Of a stretch of 64,000 nucleotides of DNA, positions 55,636 through 64,000 are shown one piece after another. The notes below the pieces were generated by a model that did not search any database, was not told the DNA's origin, and saw nothing but the letters and a program-made list of their open reading frames with translations. Position numbers and translations under genes: made by a program. Within the stretch, counting starts at the first letter, position 1; every line of letters starts with the position of its first letter. The DNA is from an uncultured delta proteobacterium (GTDB lineage Bacteria; Myxococcota_A; Polyangia; Fen-1088), in NCBI GenBank assembly GCA_963767925.1, contig CAVYGB010000010.1, positions 960,001 to 1,024,000 on the forward strand, written 5' to 3'.

Positions 55636-56622
55636 CTATGGACCGGGCTTTGGCGTGGAAGGGGCGGTCAGGCGGTGGGCGACGGCGCGGGCGCGGCGGG
55701 GGTAGTCGGTGATGAGGCCGTCGGCGCCGAGGCGGAGGAGGCGTTCCATTTCGGGGGCGTCGTTGATGGTCCAGTAGGCGACGAGGACGCCCAGAGTCTT
55801 CGCGGACGCGATCAGGCCGGGGGTGTCCATGCTGAGGCCGGCGCCGGCGCGGGGGGTGGCGAGGACCTGGTAGACGGGGCGGGAGAGGCGGCCGTTGCTG
55901 AGCTTGACTCCGGCGGCGAGGCGGATGGCGGCCCACTTGGGGAAATAGTGGGGGACTTCGGGGAGGAGGTCGCGGAGGCGGCTGCCGATGCCGTCGTCGG
56001 CGGAGCCGATCACCAGGCGGTCGAGGCGGCCGGACTGGCGGAGGCGGCGCACGAGTTGCTCCTCGTAGCCGGCGGCTTTCACCTCGATGCCGATCAGGGT
56101 TTGCTTCGGCAGCGCCGCGAGGACCTCGTCGAGGGTCGGGATCCGGTAGCCCTTGCCACGCAGCGGGAACTTGCCGGCCTCGGCCGAGGAGCGGCAGACG
56201 CTGCGGGCGGAGGTGCCCCGACCTTCGCCGGGGGTGGCGCAGTGGGCGGCGTCGAGGGCCTGCAGCTCGGCGAGGGTGAGGGCGTCGACGGCGCCGGTGC
56301 CGTTGGTTGTGCGGTCCACGGTGGCGTCGTGGATGATCACGAGGTGGCCGTCGCGCGAGCGCCGCACGTCCATCTCGATGGCCACCGCCGGGTCGTCGGC
56401 CAGCACGGCCAGCATCGCCTGCAGGGTCGATTCGGGGCCCTCGCCGGCGCCGCCCCGGTGGGCGAACACGATGGGGCGGGGCACCCCCGCCAGCAGGGCG
56501 GCCTGCCGGGCCCGGCAGGCGGTGCTGGGGAAGGTGGCCAGCGCCAGCGTCAGCCCGGCCAGCAGGGTGGCGGCGCTCCTCCTCGATCCGACGATCCTGT
56601 CTCGTTCTCGCAGCGGCTTCAC
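55636..56622 (-). CDS. glycerophosphodiester phosphodiesterase (GDPD)
   Basis: FAHRGGAGEGPEST, IEMDVRRSRDGHLVIIHDATVDRTT, IPTLDEV, WTIND, GADGLITDYP; start uncertain. Confidence 0.9.
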   Translation of the reverse strand: MKPLRERDRIVGSRRSAATLLAGLTLALATFPSTACRARQAALLAGVPRPIVFAHRGGAGEGPESTLQAMLAVLADDPAVAIEMDVRRSRDGHLVIIHDATVDRTTNGTGAVDALTLAELQALDAAHCATPGEGRGTSARSVCRSSAEAGKFPLRGKGYRIPTLDEVLAALPKQTLIGIEVKAAGYEEQLVRRLRQSGRLDRLVIGSADDGIGSRLRDLLPEVPHYFPKWAAIRLAAGVKLSNGRLSRPVYQVLATPRAGAGLSMDTPGLIASAKTLGVLVAYWTINDAPEMERLLRLGADGLITDYPRRARAVAHRLTAPSTPKPGP

Positions 56623-56702
56623 GGCCCGCGCATCATGCCACCCTCCGCGCGCGGGTGCAGGTGGCGGTTGGTTCGGCCGCCAGCGCGTACCACGCCCCGC
56701 AG

Positions 56703-56895
56703 ACCCCTCACCCCTCCCTCTCCCCGCCGCCGCGGGGCGAGGGCGAACGGGCCGGGGGGAAGTGAAAATCTCGGGCGGAAGATGATCGAGGCACCTCGCA
56801 GCTTGGTCCCCCTCGCTCGGCGCCGGCGAGGACTCGGAACTCGATCCAGGCACCTCGCAGCTTGTTCGCCCTCGCCCCGCGGCAGCGGGGTCAGG
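56703..56895. repeat. REP/REPIN-like palindromic repeat pair
   Basis: 56717-56748 and 56864-56895 are 32-nt inverted copies (3 mismatches), each a hairpin; inner ~35-nt imperfect direct repeats at 56784 and 56843. Confidence 0.75.
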
Positions 56896-57376
56896 CGCTG
56901 GTGGGGTCGATCAGCACGCGGAAGCGCACCACCGCGAGGGCGTCGGGGAGCTCGACGGAGCCGGCGAGGATGGCGCCGTGGGTGACCTGGCGGGGGATGG
57001 TGAGCCAGGCGGTGAAGCGCTCCTGGTGGCTGCCGCGGCCGCTGCAGCTCGGGCAGCCGGCGGGGGGGCGGTCCCGGCACGCGGGGCAGCGGAGGTCGAC
57101 GGGCATCGTGATGGTGGCGGTGCCGCCCTCGGCGGCCTCGTCGGGGTGCAGGTGCAGGGCGATCAGGTTGCCCCGCTCGTGGTAGGCGACGTGGCGGGCG
57201 ATCAGCGTCTCGAGGTGGCCGGTGAGGCGGGGCAGGATCACCTCGGGCGGCACGCTCCAGAGGGTCCGCATGGCCCGGGTCGGCCCGGGTGCGGCGGGCG
57301 GCGGCGTGGGGTTCGGCTCCGTCGCTTCCGAGCTCAGCTCGGCGGCGATCATCGGAGCGTCCCCAGTGGCATCCAT
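56891..57376 (-). CDS. DnaJ-related Cys-rich (CxxC...CxxCxGxG) protein without a J-domain
   Basis: LHPDEAAEGGTATITMPVDLRCPAC...CPSCSGRG...LTIPRQVTHG resembles the DnaJ Zn-finger/C-terminal region. Confidence 0.6.
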   Translation of the reverse strand: MDATGDAPMIAAELSSEATEPNPTPPPAAPGPTRAMRTLWSVPPEVILPRLTGHLETLIARHVAYHERGNLIALHLHPDEAAEGGTATITMPVDLRCPACRDRPPAGCPSCSGRGSHQERFTAWLTIPRQVTHGAILAGSVELPDALAVVRFRVLIDPTSA

Positions 57377-57453
57377 CGAGATCGCCTATCTTATTCCTCC
57401 GGGGCCGGGAGGTCCCGCGCTTCGAGCAGACCAGCCCTACAGAAGGGCCCTGA

Positions 57454-57828
57454 TCAGGGGCTGGTGACGCGGACGCCGGAGTAGGCCGGGTTGCCTGCGC
57501 AATAAGGCGGCGAGAGCTTGCGCAGCTCCAGCCGGACCCGGGCGCCGGGGGCCCGGGCCTGCAGGGCGTTGACCATGCGGCGGGCCAGGGACTCGAGCAG
57601 GTGGTGCGGCTCGCCCACCCCGATGGTCACCACGGCCTCGGTGATGTCACGAAAATCGAGCGTGTCGGCCAGCCGGTCGCTGGCCTCGGCGCGATCGAGG
57701 GCGGTGTCGATCTCCACGTCGACCTCGAACCGGCGGGTGCTCTGGCGCTCGGCCGCGCTGGCCCCGTGACGGCCTTCGAAGCCGATCTTCGACACGATGA
57801 GGGTGGCCACCCGGTCGGGTCCGATCAA
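57454..57828 (-). CDS. folB: dihydroneopterin aldolase
   Basis: FEGRHG...ER, FEVDVEI, SDRLADTLDF, LLESLA, LRKLSPP. Confidence 0.88.
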   Translation of the reverse strand: MIGPDRVATLIVSKIGFEGRHGASAAERQSTRRFEVDVEIDTALDRAEASDRLADTLDFRDITEAVVTIGVGEPHHLLESLARRMVNALQARAPGARVRLELRKLSPPYCAGNPAYSGVRVTSP

Positions 57829-58355
57829 GGTGACGACGACTCGGCCTCGAGCGCCTCTTTCTTCATCTTGCGCTTGATGATCTCGCGCTTGACGGGGCCG
57901 ACGAGGTCGATGAGCAGCCGCCCGATGAGGTGATCGCTCTCGTGCTGCAGGGCCCGGGAGAACAGCTCCTCCCCCTCGATCTCGAAGGGTTTGCCCTCGA
58001 GGTCCAGGGCGCGCACCCGCGCGCGCATGCCACGCTTGACGGGGACGAAGATGCCCGGGAAAGACAGGCAGCCCTCGTCGCCGGTCTGGGCCTCATCGGA
58101 GATCCACACCAGCTCCGGGTTGATGAACACCATCACCGGATCGTCGAGGGACTTGCCCGCCACCTCGGGGTCCACGATGAACAGCCGCAGGGGGGCGCCC
58201 ACCTGGATGGCGGCCAGGCCGGCCCCGTTGGCTGCGTACATCGTGTCGCTCATGTCGGACACCAGGCGCTGCAGGTCCTCGTCGAACGCTTCGATCGAGA
58301 CGCACTTTTCGCGGAGCCGCGGGTCCGGGTAACGGAGAATCGGCAGAAGGGCCAT
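57825..58355 (-). CDS. def: peptide deformylase
   Basis: ILRYPDPRL, GAGLAAIQVG, FINPE, EGCLSFPG, QHESDHLIG. Confidence 0.95.
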   Translation of the reverse strand: MALLPILRYPDPRLREKCVSIEAFDEDLQRLVSDMSDTMYAANGAGLAAIQVGAPLRLFIVDPEVAGKSLDDPVMVFINPELVWISDEAQTGDEGCLSFPGIFVPVKRGMRARVRALDLEGKPFEIEGEELFSRALQHESDHLIGRLLIDLVGPVKREIIKRKMKKEALEAESSSP

Positions 58356-58457
58356 GACAGACACGAAAGGATGACACTTCGCCACAACCCCCGCAAGACG
58401 CGCGCTGACCCAGTTTTTTCTAGGGCCCCGGCGGACATGCTGGCGTAATGAAGCGTC

Positions 58458-61400
58458 ATGGCTCGCTCGTCCGCTTCGCTCCGGCTCGTGGCGTTGATGG
58501 GGTTCGCGACGCTGGCGGCGCCCGCGGCCGGTGAGCCCGCCGACCGCATCACCGCCCGCACCTCGGCGCGCATGCTCGAGCAGGCGCTGTCCCGCGCCAG
58601 GGCCGGTGGCGAGGGGGCGCTGGCCGGGCTGGCGATCGCCGCGACGCTGGCCGACTCGGTCCCCGCCGGGGAGGCGCGGCGCGGGCTCGCGGCGCTGGGC
58701 CACAGCAGCGGCGAGGTGGCCGAGCAGGCCAGATGGATCGCCGCCGCGCTCGACCCCGACCCGCAGGCGCGCCCGGCGGGCCTGGTGCGCAACCTCGCCG
58801 TCCTGGGCCCCTTCCGCGATCTCGGCGGCGGCCTCACCCGCCGCGAGGGGCCGGAGCTGCCCGGGCAGGTCTGGGGCGACCGGCGGGCGGCCTACGACTG
58901 GGGCGCCCACGAGGTGCGCTGGCGCCCGGTGCCCGCGGCGGTGGTCTCCGCCCGTGGCGTGCCGCTCGACCTCCTCATCCACCCGCGCCGCGAGTCCTGC
59001 AGCTACCTGGCCACCCGGGTGCGGCTGCCGGCGGCACAGGCGCTGCTGGTCCAGGTCGCCGCCGCCGGATCGGTCCGCCTGATCTGGAACGGCGCCGACG
59101 CCGCCCGCAGCGAGGACAGCCACTCCGGCCTGCTCTTCGATCGAGTCGCCGCCCGGGTCGACGCCGAGCGGGGGGATCACCACCTGGCGGTCAAGGTCTG
59201 CTCGGGCCCGATCGACGACCGCGGGCGCGTGCGGATCCGGGTGCAAGATCCTGCCGGTCGCCCGATCGATCTGGCGACAAGCGCCGACCTCGCCCCGACC
59301 CGCAGCGGCGCGCCCGGGCTGGCCGCGGCCCGCGCGGCGGCGCTGCCGACCGCGCTCGACAAGGCGCTCGCCCCCGGCCCGGCCCCCTCGCCCGAGCGGG
59401 CGCTGGCGATGGCCCTGGTGCGGCGACTGGGCGAGGCCGACGACCAGCGCAGCCCGCGCGCGCCGGGGCTGCTCGATTCGGTGGCCACCGCCGAGGGGAT
59501 CGCGCCCGACCGCCTGGCCGCCGCCGGCTGGGCCGCGCCCTTCGGGCCCCAGCGCAGCGGCTGGCTGGGGCTGGCCCGGCAGCGGGCGCAGGCCGCGCGC
59601 GATCCGGAGACGGCGAGCTTCTGCCTGCGCATGCTGGCCCAGGCCCGCACCCGCGGCGGGTTCGCCGACTGGGCGCTGGCCACCCTCGGCGAGCCGCCCA
59701 CCGGCGACGAGGGCGACCTCGAGGTGCGGCTGATCCGGGCGGCGGCCCGGGCCTCCCTCGGGCAGGAGTCGATCCGGCGGGCCGCCCTGGCCGAGCTGGT
59801 GGAGCTGGCGCGCGGCGAGGGGGAGCGGGCCCCCATCACCCTGTGGGCCCACCTGGCCTGGCTGGCCCGCGACCTCGACCCGAAGATCCACCTGCGCGCC
59901 ACCGACGCGATCGCCGCCGGTCAGCCCGAGCGGCGCGACCGCGACTGGATCGAGGCGCGCACCCGGGTGGGGCAAGCGGCCGTGCAGAAGGGGGCCGAGG
60001 CCGCCCTGGCCAGCGGCAGCGCCCTGCAGGACGCCGACACCCTGCTCGCCTTCGGAGAGGCCCTCGAGCGGGCGGGGCTGCGGGCGGAGGCGGCGGACCT
60101 GTACCGGCTCGGCAGCGAGCTCGCCCCCAACCGGGAGGGGTTCTTCGTCGGGCTCGCCCGCGCCCGCTACCAGCAGCACGACCGGGCCGGCGGGGACCGG
60201 GCGCTGGCCCGGGCCCGGGCCCTCGATCCCAACAACGCCCGCACCCGGGCCGAGGCCAGCCTGCGCGGGCAGGTGCCGAGCCGACCCACCCCGGCCGCGA
60301 CCTCCCCCCTGCTTGTCGAGCCGGCGGTGTTCCTGGCCCGCAAGGCGCGCGCGCCGGCCCGCAAGGGCGAGGTCGAGGGCCGCCTCCTGCACCGGCTGTA
60401 CGCCGAGAGCCTGCTCGCCAATCGCCGCGTCTCCCGCCTGTTCCACGTCGCCTACGAGGTCGTCGTCGAACCGCGCACGCAGGCCGAGCTGCTCAACAGC
60501 TACGGCCTGGCCGGCACGCCCGAGATCCTGCGGGCGGTGGTCCACCGCGCCGGCGGCGGGGTGGAGCCGGCCCTCGAGCAGCGGATCGACAGGGGCCAGG
60601 CCCGCCTGCGCTGGCGGGAGCTGAAGGCCGGCGACGTGACCGAGGTGGCGATCCGCTCCTTCACCGAGCGCCCGGTCGGCCAGCGCGGCGACTTCCCCCA
60701 CCAGGGCTTTTACCCGTCGGGCACCACCCTCAGCGAGCCCACCCTCTACACCGAGGTGGTGCTCGAGTTCCCCGAGGACGCGCCGCTGGCCCACGACGTG
60801 GTCCACGGCAAGCCCGACCGCCTGCTCGAAGACCGCAAGGGCGGCCGGCGCACGGTGCGGTTCATCTGGGACCAGCCGCGCAACATGGCCGACGAGCCGA
60901 TGGCGCCGGCGGCGACCGAGGTGTTGCCCACCGTCGTCTGGTCGCTGTATCCGGGCTGGGACGACTTCGTGGGCTGGTTCCGCGACGCCACCGCCGGCTT
61001 CACCGAGCCCGACGAGCAGGTGCGCCGGCTGGCCCGCGAGCTGACCGCCGGCCTGACCGGGCGGGACGACAAGGTGCGGGCCCTGTTCGGCTACGTCGCC
61101 GACCGGGTCCGCTACGTCAACTACGAGTCGGCCGAGCGCTGGCTGCCGAACCGGCCACAGCAGGTGCTGGCCCGGCGCCAGGGCGACTGCGACGACAAGT
61201 CGACCCTGCTGATCTCCCTGCTGAAGGCCTGCGACATCGAGGCCTCCCTGGTCTTCGTGCAGCCCCGCGACACCCACCGCTTCCCCTCGCTGCTGTCGGC
61301 GCCGAAGGCCGCCCTCCCCTACTTCGGGCACGCCATCTCGATCCTCCCGGGGGAAAAGGGCGAGCCGCCCCTCTGGCTCAACCCCACCTCGCCCCACAGC

Positions 61401-62189
61401 CGGGTCGGGCGCCTGCACTCGAACGAGGCGGGCGTGCCGGCGGTGATCGTCACCGCCACGGGCGCGGTGCGGACCACCACCCCGGCCGCCTCCCCCGACG
61501 ACCACGGGCGGGACGCGCGCTGGATCATCACCCTCGACGCCAGCGGCGCCGGGGAGCTGCAGGCCGACGAGCGGCACCGGGGCGACAGCGCCTTCTGGCT
61601 GCGTCGCAAGCTGGGCGAGGTCGAGACCCGGGCCCAGACGGTCGAGAGCGAGGTGCTGGCCCGCTGGTGGCGCTCGGTCGGCGTCGACGGCAAGGTCGAC
61701 TTCGATCCCAACCCCGGCGACGGCGACGCCCGCCTGGCCTACCGGGCCCGCTCGGACGCCTTCGCCCAGCGCGAGGGCAAGGCGCTGGCCTTCCCCCTCT
61801 CCCCGGCCGCCACCTTGACCTCGCGCCTGGCGCCGCTTACCCGGCGCACCTTGCCGGTGGTGCTGCCGGTCCAGGCCGCCGAGGGAGGCGCCCCCAACCG
61901 CGACACCCGCGAGATCGAGGTGCACGGCCCCCCCGGCTTCCGCCTGGCCGCCCTGCCCCGCAGCGGCAGCGAGCCGGGCGGCGCCTTCGGCGAGGCCCGC
62001 CTGGAGCACACCCGCAAGAGCGACCGGGTGCTGCTGGTCCGGCGGACCCTGATCTTCCGGGCCGACACCGTGCCGCCGGAAAAATACGCCGAGTGGCGGA
62101 GCTGGCTCCAGCGAGTCGACAGCCTCATGCACCAGTCGGTGCGCTTCGTCCCCGTCCGGGCGGGCGTCCCCACCGTGGCGGGCAAATGA
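58458..62189 (+). CDS. secreted TPR + DUF3857 + transglutaminase-like domain protein
   Basis: Signal peptide, TPR-like helices (ALARARALDPNN), YVADRVRYV, GDCDDKSTLL, FGHAI, WLNPT. Confidence 0.85.
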   Translation: MARSSASLRLVALMGFATLAAPAAGEPADRITARTSARMLEQALSRARAGGEGALAGLAIAATLADSVPAGEARRGLAALGHSSGEVAEQARWIAAALDPDPQARPAGLVRNLAVLGPFRDLGGGLTRREGPELPGQVWGDRRAAYDWGAHEVRWRPVPAAVVSARGVPLDLLIHPRRESCSYLATRVRLPAAQALLVQVAAAGSVRLIWNGADAARSEDSHSGLLFDRVAARVDAERGDHHLAVKVCSGPIDDRGRVRIRVQDPAGRPIDLATSADLAPTRSGAPGLAAARAAALPTALDKALAPGPAPSPERALAMALVRRLGEADDQRSPRAPGLLDSVATAEGIAPDRLAAAGWAAPFGPQRSGWLGLARQRAQAARDPETASFCLRMLAQARTRGGFADWALATLGEPPTGDEGDLEVRLIRAAARASLGQESIRRAALAELVELARGEGERAPITLWAHLAWLARDLDPKIHLRATDAIAAGQPERRDRDWIEARTRVGQAAVQKGAEAALASGSALQDADTLLAFGEALERAGLRAEAADLYRLGSELAPNREGFFVGLARARYQQHDRAGGDRALARARALDPNNARTRAEASLRGQVPSRPTPAATSPLLVEPAVFLARKARAPARKGEVEGRLLHRLYAESLLANRRVSRLFHVAYEVVVEPRTQAELLNSYGLAGTPEILRAVVHRAGGGVEPALEQRIDRGQARLRWRELKAGDVTEVAIRSFTERPVGQRGDFPHQGFYPSGTTLSEPTLYTEVVLEFPEDAPLAHDVVHGKPDRLLEDRKGGRRTVRFIWDQPRNMADEPMAPAATEVLPTVVWSLYPGWDDFVGWFRDATAGFTEPDEQVRRLARELTAGLTGRDDKVRALFGYVADRVRYVNYESAERWLPNRPQQVLARRQGDCDDKSTLLISLLKACDIEASLVFVQPRDTHRFPSLLSAPKAALPYFGHAISILPGEKGEPPLWLNPTSPHSRVGRLHSNEAGVPAVIVTATGAVRTTTPAASPDDHGRDARWIITLDASGAGELQADERHRGDSAFWLRRKLGEVETRAQTVESEVLARWWRSVGVDGKVDFDPNPGDGDARLAYRARSDAFAQREGKALAFPLSPAATLTSRLAPLTRRTLPVVLPVQAAEGGAPNRDTREIEVHGPPGFRLAALPRSGSEPGGAFGEARLEHTRKSDRVLLVRRTLIFRADTVPPEKYAEWRSWLQRVDSLMHQSVRFVPVRAGVPTVAGK

Positions 62190-64000
62190 CCGCCGCCCTC
62201 CTGCTGGCGCTGCTGCAGGCGGCGCCACCGGCGCCCGCCGAGGGCGACCTGGCGGCCGGGTACGCCCGCGCCGCCGAGCTCGAGCAGACCGGCGGGGCGG
62301 AGGCGGCGATCGCCGCCGCGCGGGGGCTGCTCGACCGCGCCCTCGCCGGCAGCGGCTGGCAGGCCGAGGCGGCCCTGCTCGCGACGCTCGACCTGCTCGT
62401 CACCCGCGCGGTCGGCGCGCTGGAGGTGGTGGGCGGCGCGACCGCGCTCGCCCACCGCCACCCGGGGGCCCTGGCGGCGGTGCGGGCCCACCTCGATCGG
62501 GCCTACCCGGCGGCGGCGCGCCTTTCGCCCTTCGCCCCGGCCGCGGTCGCCGGGGCGGCCCTCGAGCTGGCCCTGCACGCGGGCGACACCGGCGCGGCCA
62601 CCGCCTGGCGCGGCCGCCTGGGCTGCGTGCGCGCGGCGACTGTGATCGGCCCGCTGGCCTGGCCCCCCATCGCGGCGACGGCCCGTCCCACCGCGGTCGA
62701 GCGCCCTGGCGCCCGCCTCCTGCCCAGCTATCCCGGCGTGGCTCCCTTCGGCCGCCAGGTGGCGCCCACCGTCGTCGAGGCGATCGGCTGCGGGCTGGAC
62801 CTCTACACGACCAGCGCGCTCGAGGGGCTGCGCGCGGTCGTGGTCGACGTCGAGCTGACCCGGCCGCAGCGCCTGGCCTTCGAGATCGAGAGCCGCTCGA
62901 CCGCCACCCTGGTGGTGGGCGGACAGACCGTGCTGGTGCGCCCCTACGCCCTGGGCGGCGGCCGGGTCCGCAAGCGCGGCGTGGCCGAGGTGGGCGCAGG
63001 GCGGGTCCGGGTTGTGGTGCGGGTGGGGCTCAACGGCGAGGGCGCGCAGCTCGGGCTGCAGGTGCTGGCCGAAGACGGCGCGCCCGTCCCGACCTCGGCG
63101 CCGCGGCCGGGGGAGACCGCGCCGGTCCGCGCGCGGGCAGCGGGACCCCGGCCCCTCTTGCCGGACGGGACCGCGCCCGGCAACGAGAACGAGCGCCTGC
63201 TGGCAGCCGCTGCCCTGCTGGCCCAGGCCGACGCCCGCAGCGCCGAGCGCCTGCTCGAGCAGGGGGCCGGCAGCCGCGGCGGCCAGGCCACCGCGCCGGG
63301 CACACCGCTGGCGGCCCTGCTCTACGCCCGCGCCCTGGTCGCCGCCGGCGACCTGCCGGAGAGCCGGGTGACGCAGCTCCTGGGGGAGGCCCACGCCGCC
63401 ACCTTGCGCGGCTGGCCGGGCGCCTGGGAGGCGCTGCTCGGACAGGCCCTGCACGCCATCCGCCAGCACGGCCCCGTCGAGGGCCAGGGCCGGGCCCTCG
63501 CCCAGCTCGCGGCGGCGCGCGCCCGCTCCGGGGCCGTCGATCCGGCGCTGCTGGCCGTGCAGGCGGCGCTGGCCGAGCGGGCCAACCTGCGCGACCTGGC
63601 GAGCGACAACCAGGCCGAGCTGGCCCGCAAGCTGCCCGGCACCCCGCTGCTCGCCCAGGTCGACCGGCTGGTCGGCGACCGCGTCGGCGCCGAGCAGGAG
63701 GCCTTCCTGTGTGGAGGCGCGCCCGCCCTCGGCCGCCAGGGCAACGACTGCCTGAACCTGCGCATCGCCCTCGGCGATCGCGAGGGCGCGCTGGCCGAGA
63801 TCGAACGGCTGCGCGCGCTGTGGTCCGCCCCCGGCGCCTTCCTCCGCACCGAGCTCCTGCAGCGCTTCGCGCGGGGAGAGACCCGGGCGGCGATCGCCCT
63901 TTACGATCGCATCCCCCCCGCCTACCGGCCGGTGGGCATGCTGGCCGGGCTCCACGCCGGCGACCCCGCCACCTTGCGGGCCCACCTCGCGCGCGACGTC
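62186..64000 (+). CDS. large secreted helical/TPR-like protein, 3' end beyond the window
   Basis: ATGA overlap with the previous gene; MTAALLLALLQAAPPAPAEGD...; frame appears open with strong GC3 bias to the window end (absent from the ORF track because it has no stop). Confidence 0.75.
   Translation, partial: MTAALLLALLQAAPPAPAEGDLAAGYARAAELEQTGGAEAAIAAARGLLDRALAGSGWQAEAALLATLDLLVTRAVGALEVVGGATALAHRHPGALAAVRAHLDRAYPAAARLSPFAPAAVAGAALELALHAGDTGAATAWRGRLGCVRAATVIGPLAWPPIAATARPTAVERPGARLLPSYPGVAPFGRQVAPTVVEAIGCGLDLYTTSALEGLRAVVVDVELTRPQRLAFEIESRSTATLVVGGQTVLVRPYALGGGRVRKRGVAEVGAGRVRVVVRVGLNGEGAQLGLQVLAEDGAPVPTSAPRPGETAPVRARAAGPRPLLPDGTAPGNENERLLAAAALLAQADARSAERLLEQGAGSRGGQATAPGTPLAALLYARALVAAGDLPESRVTQLLGEAHAATLRGWPGAWEALLGQALHAIRQHGPVEGQGRALAQLAAARARSGAVDPALLAVQAALAERANLRDLASDNQAELARKLPGTPLLAQVDRLVGDRVGAEQEAFLCGGAPALGRQGNDCLNLRIALGDREGALAEIERLRALWSAPGAFLRTELLQRFARGETRAAIALYDRIPPAYRPVGMLAGLHAGDPATLRAHLARDV

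Noticed and set aside
54577..55660. IS605/IS200 element with tnpB or an omega-RNA system
   Set aside because: No TnpB/IscB RuvC ORF is adjacent; only the stand-alone Y1 HUH gene is present.
56784..56877. Possible mini-CRISPR (two ~35-nt direct repeats, 59-nt period)
   Set aside because: Only two imperfect copies, no cas genes or leader, and the repeats are part of the REP-like palindrome unit.

Overview
A very GC-rich bacterial window. Gene content (DUF3857/transglutaminase TPR giants, HUH/RAYT transposase, CheB-CheR kinase, glyQS) is most consistent with a Myxococcota/deltaproteobacterial genome (inference). About 1-36 kb is an accessory region of envelope, transport and stress genes: phospholipase D, MacB-, MMPL-, TolC- and AcrB-type transporters, a CheB-CheR-PAS kinase with NarL regulator, PRC-barrel, MscS with a large P-loop membrane partner, porins, OmpA, GH15, pqiABC and half of glgX. 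It carries many frameshifts and several abrupt gene-to-gene junctions that look like sequencing or assembly artefacts or decay. About 36-64 kb is mostly intact: Sfp PPTase, cysteine synthase family, glyS/glyQ, DUF3500, MDR oxidoreductase, YcbK peptidase, cyclophilin, GDPD, folB, def and two large TPR proteins. The best candidates for an undescribed system are: (1) a translationally coupled SNF2 helicase + Mre11/SbcD nuclease + hook-less Rad50/SMC-like ATPase operon (42370-50783) bracketed by gene remnants; (2) an HUH (RAYT-like) transposase preceded by a three-stem element whose stems all share the same TGGGCA/TGTCCA G-T motif; (3) an MscS channel paired with a coiled-coil/multi-TM/P-loop protein. 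No rRNA, tRNA or CRISPR array was seen. All family assignments come from motif recognition by eye, not database searches.
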